The notes: generated by a model from the letters alone, not told the origin. 64,000 bases of DNA from an uncultured Candidatus Saccharibacteria bacterium (GCA_964409615.1 CAYPDT010000003.1:24576-88575); one strand, 5' to 3'. Numbered from the stretch's first letter, positions 48,237 through 56,142 are shown. Numbers and translations are program-made.

Positions 48237-48962
48237 ATGAGTAAGAAAATAGTCCGTGGGTATTTCTTTGAATCAACAGCTAAGCAGCATCGTAAAGAGC
48301 TGGTATGTTACGCCGTTGGGTTTACTGGCAGGGTCAGCCAGTTTAAGTATTCCATTGGCAAACTTAATAGGCGGGGCTACGATGTTTTGGCATTCGAATA
48401 CGATAACGATATTCTTTTGAAAGGTGACCCACAGCTCGTTCTTGATGCTATTGAGTATATTGTCGACCAGACAAGCGATAAGGCCGAAGGATACGAGTCT
48501 GTTATATGTATGGGTGTAAGCCTTGGTGCTTTTATCGCATTTAACGTGCAACGGCAATTACCACTCGCTTCGATTGGTGCGTATGCTACGGCAGGTATTG
48601 CGGTGTCGGAAGGTATATTCTGGATGAAGGCTTTTGAACCCGTAAAAGATGCATTTTTAAAGAATGGGTTTACCCAAGAAAAACTAGCAGAAGTTTGGCA
48701 AGACGTTGAAATTGCAGATAAAGATCCACTTTTGCAGGATAAGTCGTTGGTAATTGTTAACGGACGAGTAGACAGGGTAGTAGACCACCGCAAAGCAACG
48801 GTACAAATGGGAAGATGGAAGCGAGATGGTGTGCCGGTAAAGATGTACAAGAAGCAGCTCATGGGCCACACCATGACAATCCTATGGTACATATTTAATA
48901 CTGATAAAATGCTCGATAGAGCACTTTCGAATCACTCAAAAGCTATCAGTGCTAAGGCATAA
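48237..48962 (+). CDS. Alpha/beta-fold hydrolase
   Basis: The nucleophile elbow GVSLGA (GxSxG) is followed later by Asp (GRVDRVVD) and His (LMGHTM). Confidence 0.65.
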   Translation: MSKKIVRGYFFESTAKQHRKELVCYAVGFTGRVSQFKYSIGKLNRRGYDVLAFEYDNDILLKGDPQLVLDAIEYIVDQTSDKAEGYESVICMGVSLGAFIAFNVQRQLPLASIGAYATAGIAVSEGIFWMKAFEPVKDAFLKNGFTQEKLAEVWQDVEIADKDPLLQDKSLVIVNGRVDRVVDHRKATVQMGRWKRDGVPVKMYKKQLMGHTMTILWYIFNTDKMLDRALSNHSKAISAKA

Positions 48963-48985
48963 CGCTCGACTACTAGAAATACTAG

Positions 48986-49429
48986 CTAATTGGTATAGCT
49001 GACAATTTCGACTGGTTTCTTACGGTAGTCTTTAAAGTCTACGGATTGTAAAAAAGTTGGTAACACGGTGTGTTTACTTGCATCCAGAAAATCCACAGAC
49101 TCAATCTCTAGATGCCCATGGCTTGTGTTGGCTAAATCTAAGTCTATATAATCTGCGGCATTGGTTATGTCAAAAAAGAATTCAAGATGATCTGTGTGTT
49201 CATCGTGAAACTGTTGAATGAATAATAACTGCCCAACTAATGGGGCAACACCAAGTTCTTCTATGAGTTCACGTTCTAAGGCTGGGACGAGGGCTTCTTG
49301 TGAGTCAACGCCACCTCCAGGTAAGCACCAAAAGTCTGAACGCTGGGCTCCATGATAGGGCTTGAGTTTGACACAAAGTAATTGACCATCGTCCACAATA
49401 ATTCCTCGCACAGCTACTCTTCTATTCAT
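48986..49429 (-). CDS. NUDIX hydrolase
   Basis: The Nudix box GGGVDSQEALVPALERELIEELGV is present. Confidence 0.85.
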   Translation of the reverse strand: MNRRVAVRGIIVDDGQLLCVKLKPYHGAQRSDFWCLPGGGVDSQEALVPALERELIEELGVAPLVGQLLFIQQFHDEHTDHLEFFFDITNAADYIDLDLANTSHGHLEIESVDFLDASKHTVLPTFLQSVDFKDYRKKPVEIVSYTN

Positions 49430-49460
49430 ACCGGCAGTATACCTGATACTATTATCAGAG

Positions 49461-50006
49461 ATGAAATTACTACGCCGTACTCAATTTGGGAACCCAATAT
49501 TAAGAACTCCTACTCACCGACTTTCACAAGACGAAATTCTGAGCCCAGAGATACAGGGCCTCATAAAAAATATGTACCACACTGTTGACCATAAAAATTA
49601 CGGAGTAGGGCTAGCAGCGCCGCAAGTCGGCAGGTCAGTTGCGATTGCGGTGATTGCCATAAAACCAACACCAACTCGACCTGACCTTGTGCCACAGAAA
49701 CTAACAATAATAAATCCAGAAGTTATATCTAGTTCTTCAGTAAAAAAATCAATGTGGGAAGCTTGTATTAGTTTTGGCGGAACAAGCAACACTCCGTATG
49801 CTCAAGCGGTACGGCATACTCAAATTCGACTACGCTGGCACAATGAATCTGGGCACACGCAAGAAGCTGACTTTGATGGCTTTATGGCACAAGTTATACA
49901 ACATGAAGTCGACCACCTAAACGGTATACTATTTGTTGATAGAGTAGAGGATACACACACATTCATGACATTAAGTGAATATAAAAATATGAGGAAAAAT
50001 ACATGA
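49461..50006 (+). CDS. def: Peptide deformylase
   Basis: GVGLAAPQVG, EACISF (an EGCLS variant) and QHEVDHLNG are present. Confidence 0.9.
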   Translation: MKLLRRTQFGNPILRTPTHRLSQDEILSPEIQGLIKNMYHTVDHKNYGVGLAAPQVGRSVAIAVIAIKPTPTRPDLVPQKLTIINPEVISSSSVKKSMWEACISFGGTSNTPYAQAVRHTQIRLRWHNESGHTQEADFDGFMAQVIQHEVDHLNGILFVDRVEDTHTFMTLSEYKNMRKNT

Positions 50007-50425
50007 TAACTTATTACACTGACGGCAGTTGTAGCCCTAATCCTGGCCCTGGTGGTTTCGCTGTGATTCGTGATATGCAGCCTGCTGTTTTAGGTCGTGA
50101 TATCGACACGACAAACATACGTATGGAAGGTTTGGCAATCATTGCCGCTTTAGAAAATGCTAGCGGGGAACAATGCAGAATTTATACAGACAGTGAATTT
50201 TGGATTAATGTTATTACTAAATGGGCACCAGGATGGGCTGCAAACGGTTGGAAGAAAAAATCTGGTCCTATAAAAAATCTAGATATTGTACAGGCGGTCT
50301 TGCCGCTGTACGAAGAGGCGAATGCAGAACTTATTTGGGTGCGTGGCCATGCCGAAGACCCAGGTAATGAGCTGGCCGATGAGTGGGCTAACAAAGCTCG
50401 TGAGGGAGCTACTATTGAAGCTTGA
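50003..50425 (+). CDS. rnhA: Ribonuclease HI
   Basis: YTDGSCSPNPGPGGFA, YTDSEF and the C-terminal GHAEDPGNELADEWA are present. Confidence 0.9.
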   Translation: MITYYTDGSCSPNPGPGGFAVIRDMQPAVLGRDIDTTNIRMEGLAIIAALENASGEQCRIYTDSEFWINVITKWAPGWAANGWKKKSGPIKNLDIVQAVLPLYEEANAELIWVRGHAEDPGNELADEWANKAREGATIEA

Positions 50426-51089
50426 TAATACTCAGACTGTTATCTGGGATTTAGACGGCACTCTACTGGATAGTTTTGGGATATTTAGTGAGGTGCTTCG
50501 AGAGGCAGCAGCTACACGAAAACTTTTTGTGCCCGAAGATACGGAGTTGGCCAAGCATTTTCATGGTAGTCTGCGTGACTCGATAGCTTCAGCGCTAGGT
50601 GGCTTGTCTGGCAAGTTGCTCGATGATATAGAGGCAGACTTCTTGAGCTTTCAGAACAAACATTATGAGGTACTCGAGCATCATCTTTTCCAGGATTCGC
50701 TTAGATTAGCCCAAGTATTTCACAGGCATGGGTTTACGCAGATTATTGTAACTAATCGTGATCATGAAGGCAGGCTCAATGCTAGCCCGCGAAGTATTGT
50801 CGAGAAATCAAGCTTAGCTCCATTGATAAGTCATGTCATAGCCGGAGATGACGGGCAGCATCGTAAACCAGAAATGGCAGTTTTGGGAGACTATCAACTT
50901 CAAGGCAAAACCATAGTAGTGGGGGACCAGTTTGTAGACATTGCTTTCGCCTATAATCTGGGTGTAGATGCAATTATCGTCAATCGCTCTGGTGAAGAAA
51001 TGCATGGTGTAGATTCACTAACTCATGATTGGCAATCCCATACTCGAGTTGTTACGTCACTCGACGAAATTACAACAGAACTAGGCTAA
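50415..51089 (+). CDS. HAD-superfamily hydrolase (phosphatase)
   Basis: VIWDLDGTLLDS is motif I (DxD), VTNR is motif II and GDQFVDIAFAYNLG is motif IV. The start is tentatively TTG 50415, overlapping the rnhA stop. The ORF is open from 50286. Confidence 0.72.
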   Translation: MKLDNTQTVIWDLDGTLLDSFGIFSEVLREAAATRKLFVPEDTELAKHFHGSLRDSIASALGGLSGKLLDDIEADFLSFQNKHYEVLEHHLFQDSLRLAQVFHRHGFTQIIVTNRDHEGRLNASPRSIVEKSSLAPLISHVIAGDDGQHRKPEMAVLGDYQLQGKTIVVGDQFVDIAFAYNLGVDAIIVNRSGEEMHGVDSLTHDWQSHTRVVTSLDEITTELG

Positions 51090-51168
51090 AACGACAATTT
51101 TACATTACATAGCATTATAAATTTCAGGTAGAATAGAGCAGTTATCTAGCATCTAATGAGGGCATAGT

Positions 51169-52173
51169 ATGGATGAAGAGCAGGCGGCGGCAGTAGCTGA
51201 TGAGAAACAACAAGACAAGCGAACGGATGTTTTCTTATGGGCAAATAACCTTGTTCCAATCAAAGAAGAACTTGAGATTGACTTATTTTTGTTTAACAAA
51301 AATTATGTTGTATACCGTACAAAAGTGAGTAAAGATTTGACTCGATCATACCAGCCATTATTGATTGATGGCTTGTTGGAATATGTACTCCAGGGTGCTG
51401 GGGAAGGCATGGAAGTACGTGATTTTGAAGACGGTGAAGCCGAAGAAAACGTCTTGCAACGGACTACACTTGATAAAGTACAAAAAGCTCAAGAGTTACT
51501 GAACTGGGTGAAAACCCAAGAGGCTGAAATCGAGACCTTTGTAGAAGAAGAGCATGATTTGAAACGGGTCAAAGGTGTTTTGGCACGTTGCCGACATGCA
51601 GATATCCCAACACCTTTCTACATAATCAAGCTTTTACCAGGAAGCATGGTTATGAAGGGTGCATCTTCATGGATGCTGAAAGCAGGTAAGTTTGTACCGT
51701 TTGATGCAGAAGGTGGAGTACGTATTCCGCCAGACAATCAATTGTTGATCCTCGAGAATGACATCTACGCTTTCAGCCAGCCAAAACTAGAGCAACTCTT
51801 TGGGTATAATGCTAAGAAGTACGGTATTGCCGTAAAGAAAATGAAAGAAATTCAAGCAAACTTTACTTTTAATTTTGATGAAGGTTTAAGCTGGGAGAAT
51901 CTTGTACAGGGTCAAAAGAGTTTGGTCAACAAATTACAAAAGATTGAAGTTGGTGAAGTAAAACAAGAGGAATTAATGAATCAGGCAGAAGAATTGGGCC
52001 TGAATTTAATGACCGATAATGACGGGGCCATAATTATTATGGACACCAAAGATTTAAACACATTTGTGAATTTGCTCAACGAAGATTATATGGAATCAGC
52101 AATCACTGGTAAGCGCTACGAAATAATTAGCAAGCGCCCCTTGAAGATAAAAGAGGAAGAACCACAAGAATAA
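51169..52173 (+). CDS. Uncharacterised 334-aa soluble protein, possibly DUF4868 / KwaB-like (unverified)
   Basis: GAGGG SD lies 6 nt upstream. Both termini are acidic. The segments IDLFLFNKNYVVYRTKV, ILENDIYAFSQPKLEQLFGY and FVNLLNEDYMESAITGKRYEIISKR resemble the DUF4868 layout as I remember it. The family call is low confidence. Confidence 0.6.
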   Translation: MDEEQAAAVADEKQQDKRTDVFLWANNLVPIKEELEIDLFLFNKNYVVYRTKVSKDLTRSYQPLLIDGLLEYVLQGAGEGMEVRDFEDGEAEENVLQRTTLDKVQKAQELLNWVKTQEAEIETFVEEEHDLKRVKGVLARCRHADIPTPFYIIKLLPGSMVMKGASSWMLKAGKFVPFDAEGGVRIPPDNQLLILENDIYAFSQPKLEQLFGYNAKKYGIAVKKMKEIQANFTFNFDEGLSWENLVQGQKSLVNKLQKIEVGEVKQEELMNQAEELGLNLMTDNDGAIIIMDTKDLNTFVNLLNEDYMESAITGKRYEIISKRPLKIKEEEPQE

Positions 52174-52193
52174 GTGGTATCATAGGCGTAACT

Positions 52194-52769
52194 ATGAAGA
52201 CCTCATCTACGACAGGTAATTTTGCCTTTATCGATAATCAAAACCTGAACCTTGGTGTCCGTAAACTCGGCTGGAAAATGGATTGGCGTAAGTTTAGGAA
52301 ATTCTTACTTGATGAGTATAACGTTACTAACGCCTACATGTTCATCGGGCATATGCCTGAGCATGAGGACATGTATCTGCAGCTACATGATGCAGGTTAT
52401 CTGATTGTCCTTAAGCCAACATTCGATATGAGTAAGCCTCAAAAAGTTGAAGAACCAAAAGATGAAGAAAAACCTGAAGATAAAAAACCAGTTAAAGGCA
52501 ATGTCGATGCCGAGCTGGTTCTATGGGCAGTAAAAGAGATGCCCAATTATCAAAAAGCTGTAATTGTGAGTGGTGATGGTGATTTTTATAGTCTTGTTGA
52601 ATATCTAGAATCGCAGAAGAAACTATTACACTTACTTGCACCTAACTCGCACTACTCTAATTTATATAACAAATACGAAGCCTACATCCAGCGGATAGAT
52701 AAGCACCGAAGAGAACTATCCTATAGGGTTTACAAGAAGTCTACAAAGCCAACAACCGGGGATAAATAA
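52194..52769 (+). CDS. NYN (LabA-like, PIN-related) ribonuclease-domain protein with a K/E/P-rich insertion
   Basis: FAFIDNQNLNLGVRKLGWKMDWRKFRKFL, GNVDAELVLWAV and AVIVSGDGDFYSLVEYL are present. TGgTATCAT lies 10 nt upstream of the ATG. Confidence 0.8.
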   Translation: MKTSSTTGNFAFIDNQNLNLGVRKLGWKMDWRKFRKFLLDEYNVTNAYMFIGHMPEHEDMYLQLHDAGYLIVLKPTFDMSKPQKVEEPKDEEKPEDKKPVKGNVDAELVLWAVKEMPNYQKAVIVSGDGDFYSLVEYLESQKKLLHLLAPNSHYSNLYNKYEAYIQRIDKHRRELSYRVYKKSTKPTTGDK

Positions 52770-52777
52770 GGTATTAA

Positions 52778-53029
52778 ATGAAAATTACAGAACGACTTGA
52801 TGCAATTGAAGTACGCAATCAAAAAGTCGAACTGGATAAAGCGTGGGAAACCAGTTGGACGAGACGCATTTCAATTGCCGCTCTAACGTATATAGTAGTA
52901 CTACTATTCCTAACTGTAATTGGTAACGATAAACCTATTATTAATGCTCTTGTACCACCGGCAGGGTTTTTATTGTCAACGCTAGCTATGAAGCGGATAC
53001 GTATATTTTGGCAAAAGCATCATATATAG
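52778..53029 (+). CDS. Small membrane protein (83 aa, two TM helices)
   Basis: An N-terminal amphipathic helix with VELDKAWETSWTRR precedes two hydrophobic helices. The gene starts 8 nt after the NYN gene. Confidence 0.6.
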   Translation: MKITERLDAIEVRNQKVELDKAWETSWTRRISIAALTYIVVLLFLTVIGNDKPIINALVPPAGFLLSTLAMKRIRIFWQKHHI

Positions 53030-53064
53030 GGCGTACAATAGACTTGTAACTAGAGGATGGTGTT

Positions 53065-53796
53065 ATGGCAGAGCAAACTACAAAGTACGATGATTTAACG
53101 GCAGTTTTTATTAACTGTACTCTCACAAAGTCACCGGCAATCAGTCATACTGGATTACTGGTTGAGGTTAGTCGGAAGATTATGGAAAAACAGGGTGTAA
53201 AGACCAAAGTGATTCGTGCTGTTGACCATGATATTGCCAGTGGGGTGTACCCAGACATGACTACTAAAGGGTGGGACAAGGATGAGTGGCCCACTTTAAG
53301 TAAAGAGATTCTGGCAGCCGATATACTCGTGTTAGCTGGTCCAATTTGGCTCGGTGACAACAGTAGTGAAATGAAAAAAATAATTGAGCGATTGTATGCA
53401 CTTTCTGGTGAGCTGAACGATAAAGGACAGTGGATTTATTATGGAAAAACAGGTGGTTGCCTAATAACTGGCAACGAAGACGGCATTAAGCACTGTGCCA
53501 TGAATGTCCTATATAGCTTGCAGCATATTGGCTATGCCATTCCACCACAAGCAGATGCCGGCTGGATTGGCGAAGCGGGCCCCGGTCCTAGCTATGGAGA
53601 TAAGAACCCAGATGGTAAGGGTAGAGTGGGTATGGATAACGATTTTACTAATCGTAATACAACCTTTATGACCTGGAATTTATTACACATGGCCCGCATG
53701 CTCAAAGATGCGGGTGGTATGCCGGCATTCGGCAATCAGCGCAAGGAGTGGGATGCTGGTTCGCGTTTTGACTTTGAAAACCCCGAATACCGTTAA
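53065..53796 (+). CDS. Flavodoxin-like fold NAD(P)H-dependent FMN reductase family protein
   Basis: VFINCTLTKSP...VIRAVDHDIASGVYPDM...ADILVLAGPIWLGDNSSEMKKIIERLY identifies the family. Confidence 0.8.
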   Translation: MAEQTTKYDDLTAVFINCTLTKSPAISHTGLLVEVSRKIMEKQGVKTKVIRAVDHDIASGVYPDMTTKGWDKDEWPTLSKEILAADILVLAGPIWLGDNSSEMKKIIERLYALSGELNDKGQWIYYGKTGGCLITGNEDGIKHCAMNVLYSLQHIGYAIPPQADAGWIGEAGPGPSYGDKNPDGKGRVGMDNDFTNRNTTFMTWNLLHMARMLKDAGGMPAFGNQRKEWDAGSRFDFENPEYR

Positions 53797-53824
53797 TGCT
53801 CAAGTGTAGGTATAATACATAGCA

Positions 53825-55105
53825 ATGAGTAAAAATGTTTTTCCCAAAAGTTTTTACTGGGGAGCCAGTACCGCAAGTCATCAAGTGGAGGGTAGCACTG
53901 TAAACCAATGGACTGAATGGGAACTTGCGCACGCCAGTGAGTTAGCGCGCACGGCTAAAAAGCGGCTTCAGCACGTAGTGGCTGATTGGGATGCTATACA
54001 AAAACAGGCAGAAAACCCTAATAACTATGTATCTGGCCGAGGGGTCAATCACTATACTCGCTATCAAGAAGATTTCGATATCCTCAAGAGTCTCAATATG
54101 ACTGCTTTTCGATTTAGTATCGAATGGTCGCGCATTGAGCCGAAAGAGGGTGAATGGAACGAAGACGAAGTTGACCACTATCGTGATTACATTCGTCAGC
54201 TCAAGAAGCGTGGCATTGAGCCATTCTTAAACATATGGCACTGGACCATGCCCACCTGGTTTACGGCAAAGGGCGGCTTCCAGAAAAGTAGTAATTTAAA
54301 GTATTGGCGACGGTTCATACAAAAAATATCCGACGAGTACTCGAGTGAACTCAAATACATCATCACATTGAATGAGCCTAACGTGTATGCCACATTCGGT
54401 TACTTAATAGGTGAGTGGGTACCTGAGCAGAAGAATCCACTAGCATTTGGAGCAGTCTATTACAATTTAGCTCGCGCTCACCGGCAGGCATATAAGATAT
54501 TACGAGCAAACAGCCCAATGCTACGCATCGGTATTGCGCCAGCACTTGCAAATATACAATCTAAGCGACCAAATAATCCAATTGATATCATTGCTACTAC
54601 CTGGATGCGGTACTTTTGGAACTGGTGGTTTATGAATCGTGTTAAACGTAAAATTGATTTTGTAGGGTTTAATTACTATTTCTCGGATTACTACAAGACG
54701 GGGCGGATAGATAATCCTGACGCACCAGTAAATGACCTCGGATGGTATATGGAACCCGAGGGCCTGCACCCGCTACTTACAAGAGTTTGGGCGCACTATA
54801 AAAAACCCATATTTATTACAGAAAATGGCGTTGCTGATAGTAATGACCAGTATCGCCAGTGGTGGCTCGAAGAGACGATGGTTGCCATGGAGCGCGCCTT
54901 GAGTGAAGGCGTTGACCTGAGAGGGTACTTCCATTGGAGCCTTCTCGATAACTTTGAGTGGAAATATGGCTGGTGGCCTAAGTTTGGGCTGGTGCATGTT
55001 GATAGGGAGCATGGTATGAAGCGGACCCCTCGGCCGAGTGCATTATGGTTTGCAAAAAAGATTGCCTCGCTGCGACAGGGCGACCTTCCCACCAAAGATA
55101 TCTAA
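53825..55105 (+). CDS. Glycoside hydrolase family 1 beta-glucosidase
   Basis: FPKSFYWGASTASHQVEG, the acid/base Glu in TLNEPN and the nucleophile Glu in ITENG are present. Confidence 0.92.
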   Translation: MSKNVFPKSFYWGASTASHQVEGSTVNQWTEWELAHASELARTAKKRLQHVVADWDAIQKQAENPNNYVSGRGVNHYTRYQEDFDILKSLNMTAFRFSIEWSRIEPKEGEWNEDEVDHYRDYIRQLKKRGIEPFLNIWHWTMPTWFTAKGGFQKSSNLKYWRRFIQKISDEYSSELKYIITLNEPNVYATFGYLIGEWVPEQKNPLAFGAVYYNLARAHRQAYKILRANSPMLRIGIAPALANIQSKRPNNPIDIIATTWMRYFWNWWFMNRVKRKIDFVGFNYYFSDYYKTGRIDNPDAPVNDLGWYMEPEGLHPLLTRVWAHYKKPIFITENGVADSNDQYRQWWLEETMVAMERALSEGVDLRGYFHWSLLDNFEWKYGWWPKFGLVHVDREHGMKRTPRPSALWFAKKIASLRQGDLPTKDI

Positions 55106-55116
55106 CGCACCTAATA

Positions 55117-55145
55117 TTGACAAAAACGCTAATGTTTGCTATAGT
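55117..55145 (+). promoter_or_regulatory. Near-consensus sigma-70-type promoter: TTGACA, 17 nt, TATAGT
   Basis: TTGACA is at 55117-55122, followed by a 17-nt spacer and TATAGT at 55140-55145. ATG codons lie 0 and 6 nt downstream. Confidence 0.65.
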
Positions 55146-55151
55146 ATGACC

Positions 55152-55883
55152 ATGGCAATAAGCAGATACGATATAGACAAAGACGGAAACGAAGTCGAAG
55201 CAGATGAGCGAATGCAGCGTGGCGGCATGCGCCCTAATTTCACGCGTCGACAAGTACTAGGCGGATTAGCAGCTAGTGCAGCTACTGCGCTGTTAGCGGC
55301 TTCTATTGTATCTGATCGCAATGCAACAGAGCAGAGGATTTATGGACCAGAGCGTAGGGATGCTAAAGAGTGGCTTACTGAAAAAGGCCCTCGAATGCTC
55401 CCTGTAGTACTTAAGATTGACTCTCGTGTTGCGACTCGTGAAACTCCCGACATTTACAATTCAGATCACCATGGAAATGGTGATGATAACAGGGCCGGCA
55501 TTCTTACTGAAAAAGGTAAATTCTTGGTGGTACGTAACCCAATCGTATCTGGTGATTTTTATGGATTCATGGACCCAACTAACCCGGTAGTTGCTGAAGA
55601 GTTTGCATCTATAACTGATAAAGACGAACGCGCAACATATATTGCTGATCACACTTTGTGGGTAGCGTCATTTGCTGGTGACAGCGAGAACCAGCTGATT
55701 CACGTATATGAAGACCCACGTGCCACAGCAGAGCAATTAAGTGGTCAAGACAAGATGCATACCACAATCGGTGAAGATGGCCAGTTTTACTCTGCACTTG
55801 GTGGTAACGCAGGCTTAGCGCAAATTCTCGAAGCTCAAGAAGCTGACTTCGCACTGGGTATGTTACGAGAACGTATCCAGTAG
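55152..55883 (+). CDS. Hypothetical exported protein with a twin-arginine-like signal
   Basis: ...NFTRRQVLGGLAASAATALLAASIV lies after an acidic n-region of about 30 aa. The start is either ATG 55152 (a leaderless fit to the promoter) or ATG 55146. The ORF is open from 55038 inside the GH1 gene. Confidence 0.6.
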   Translation: MAISRYDIDKDGNEVEADERMQRGGMRPNFTRRQVLGGLAASAATALLAASIVSDRNATEQRIYGPERRDAKEWLTEKGPRMLPVVLKIDSRVATRETPDIYNSDHHGNGDDNRAGILTEKGKFLVVRNPIVSGDFYGFMDPTNPVVAEEFASITDKDERATYIADHTLWVASFAGDSENQLIHVYEDPRATAEQLSGQDKMHTTIGEDGQFYSALGGNAGLAQILEAQEADFALGMLRERIQ

Positions 55884-55908
55884 ATACTTTTAGCCTAGTG
55901 TGTTAAAC

Positions 55909-55950
55909 GGGAGTTATCCACCATATGTTGTGTGGATAACTCCTTTTTTG
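55909..55950 (+). terminator. Rho-independent terminator whose stem is built from two DnaA-box-like sequences
   Basis: GGAGTTATCCAC-catatgttgt-GTGGATAACTCC is a 12-bp stem followed by TTTTTTG. It begins 26 nt after the upstream stop. Confidence 0.7.
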
Positions 55951-55965
55951 TATAACTGTGGATAA
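55914..55965. promoter_or_regulatory. Cluster of three DnaA-box-like 9-mers
   Basis: TTATCCACc is at 55914-55922 (8 of 9 matches). TGTGGATAA is at 55931-55939 and again at 55957-55965, each a perfect reverse complement of TTATCCACA. All three share GTGGATAACT. Confidence 0.5.
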
Positions 55966-56008
55966 CTTTGGCGTGAAGAGGTGCATTTTAGGTAAAAAGT
56001 GCTTGCTT

Positions 56009-56056
56009 GTGGGTAGCAGTGGGTAGTATGCTCATGTTAGTGGGTAATCGTGGGTA
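56009..56056 (+). promoter_or_regulatory. Four direct GTGGGTA repeats in helical phase, a candidate MraZ operator or Pmra region
   Basis: GTGGGTA occurs at 56009, 56019, 56040 and 56050, giving spacings of 10, 21 and 10 nt. TAGTAT (56024-56029) between them is -10-like. The mraZ ATG is 87 nt downstream. Confidence 0.55.
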
Positions 56057-56142
56057 AGCCTCAAATAACATTAGGCTTGCTATCAGGACAAACCGCGGCA
56101 CTTCAAAAACAAAAACATCAAATTGGTAATGTGAAAGGTGAG

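Noticed and set aside
48377-48892. A 171-aa minus-strand ORF opposite the alpha/beta hydrolase gene.
   Set aside because: The plus-strand frame carries GxSxG and a plausible Asp/His. The antisense product is Ser/Thr/Cys-rich with no recognisable fold signature.
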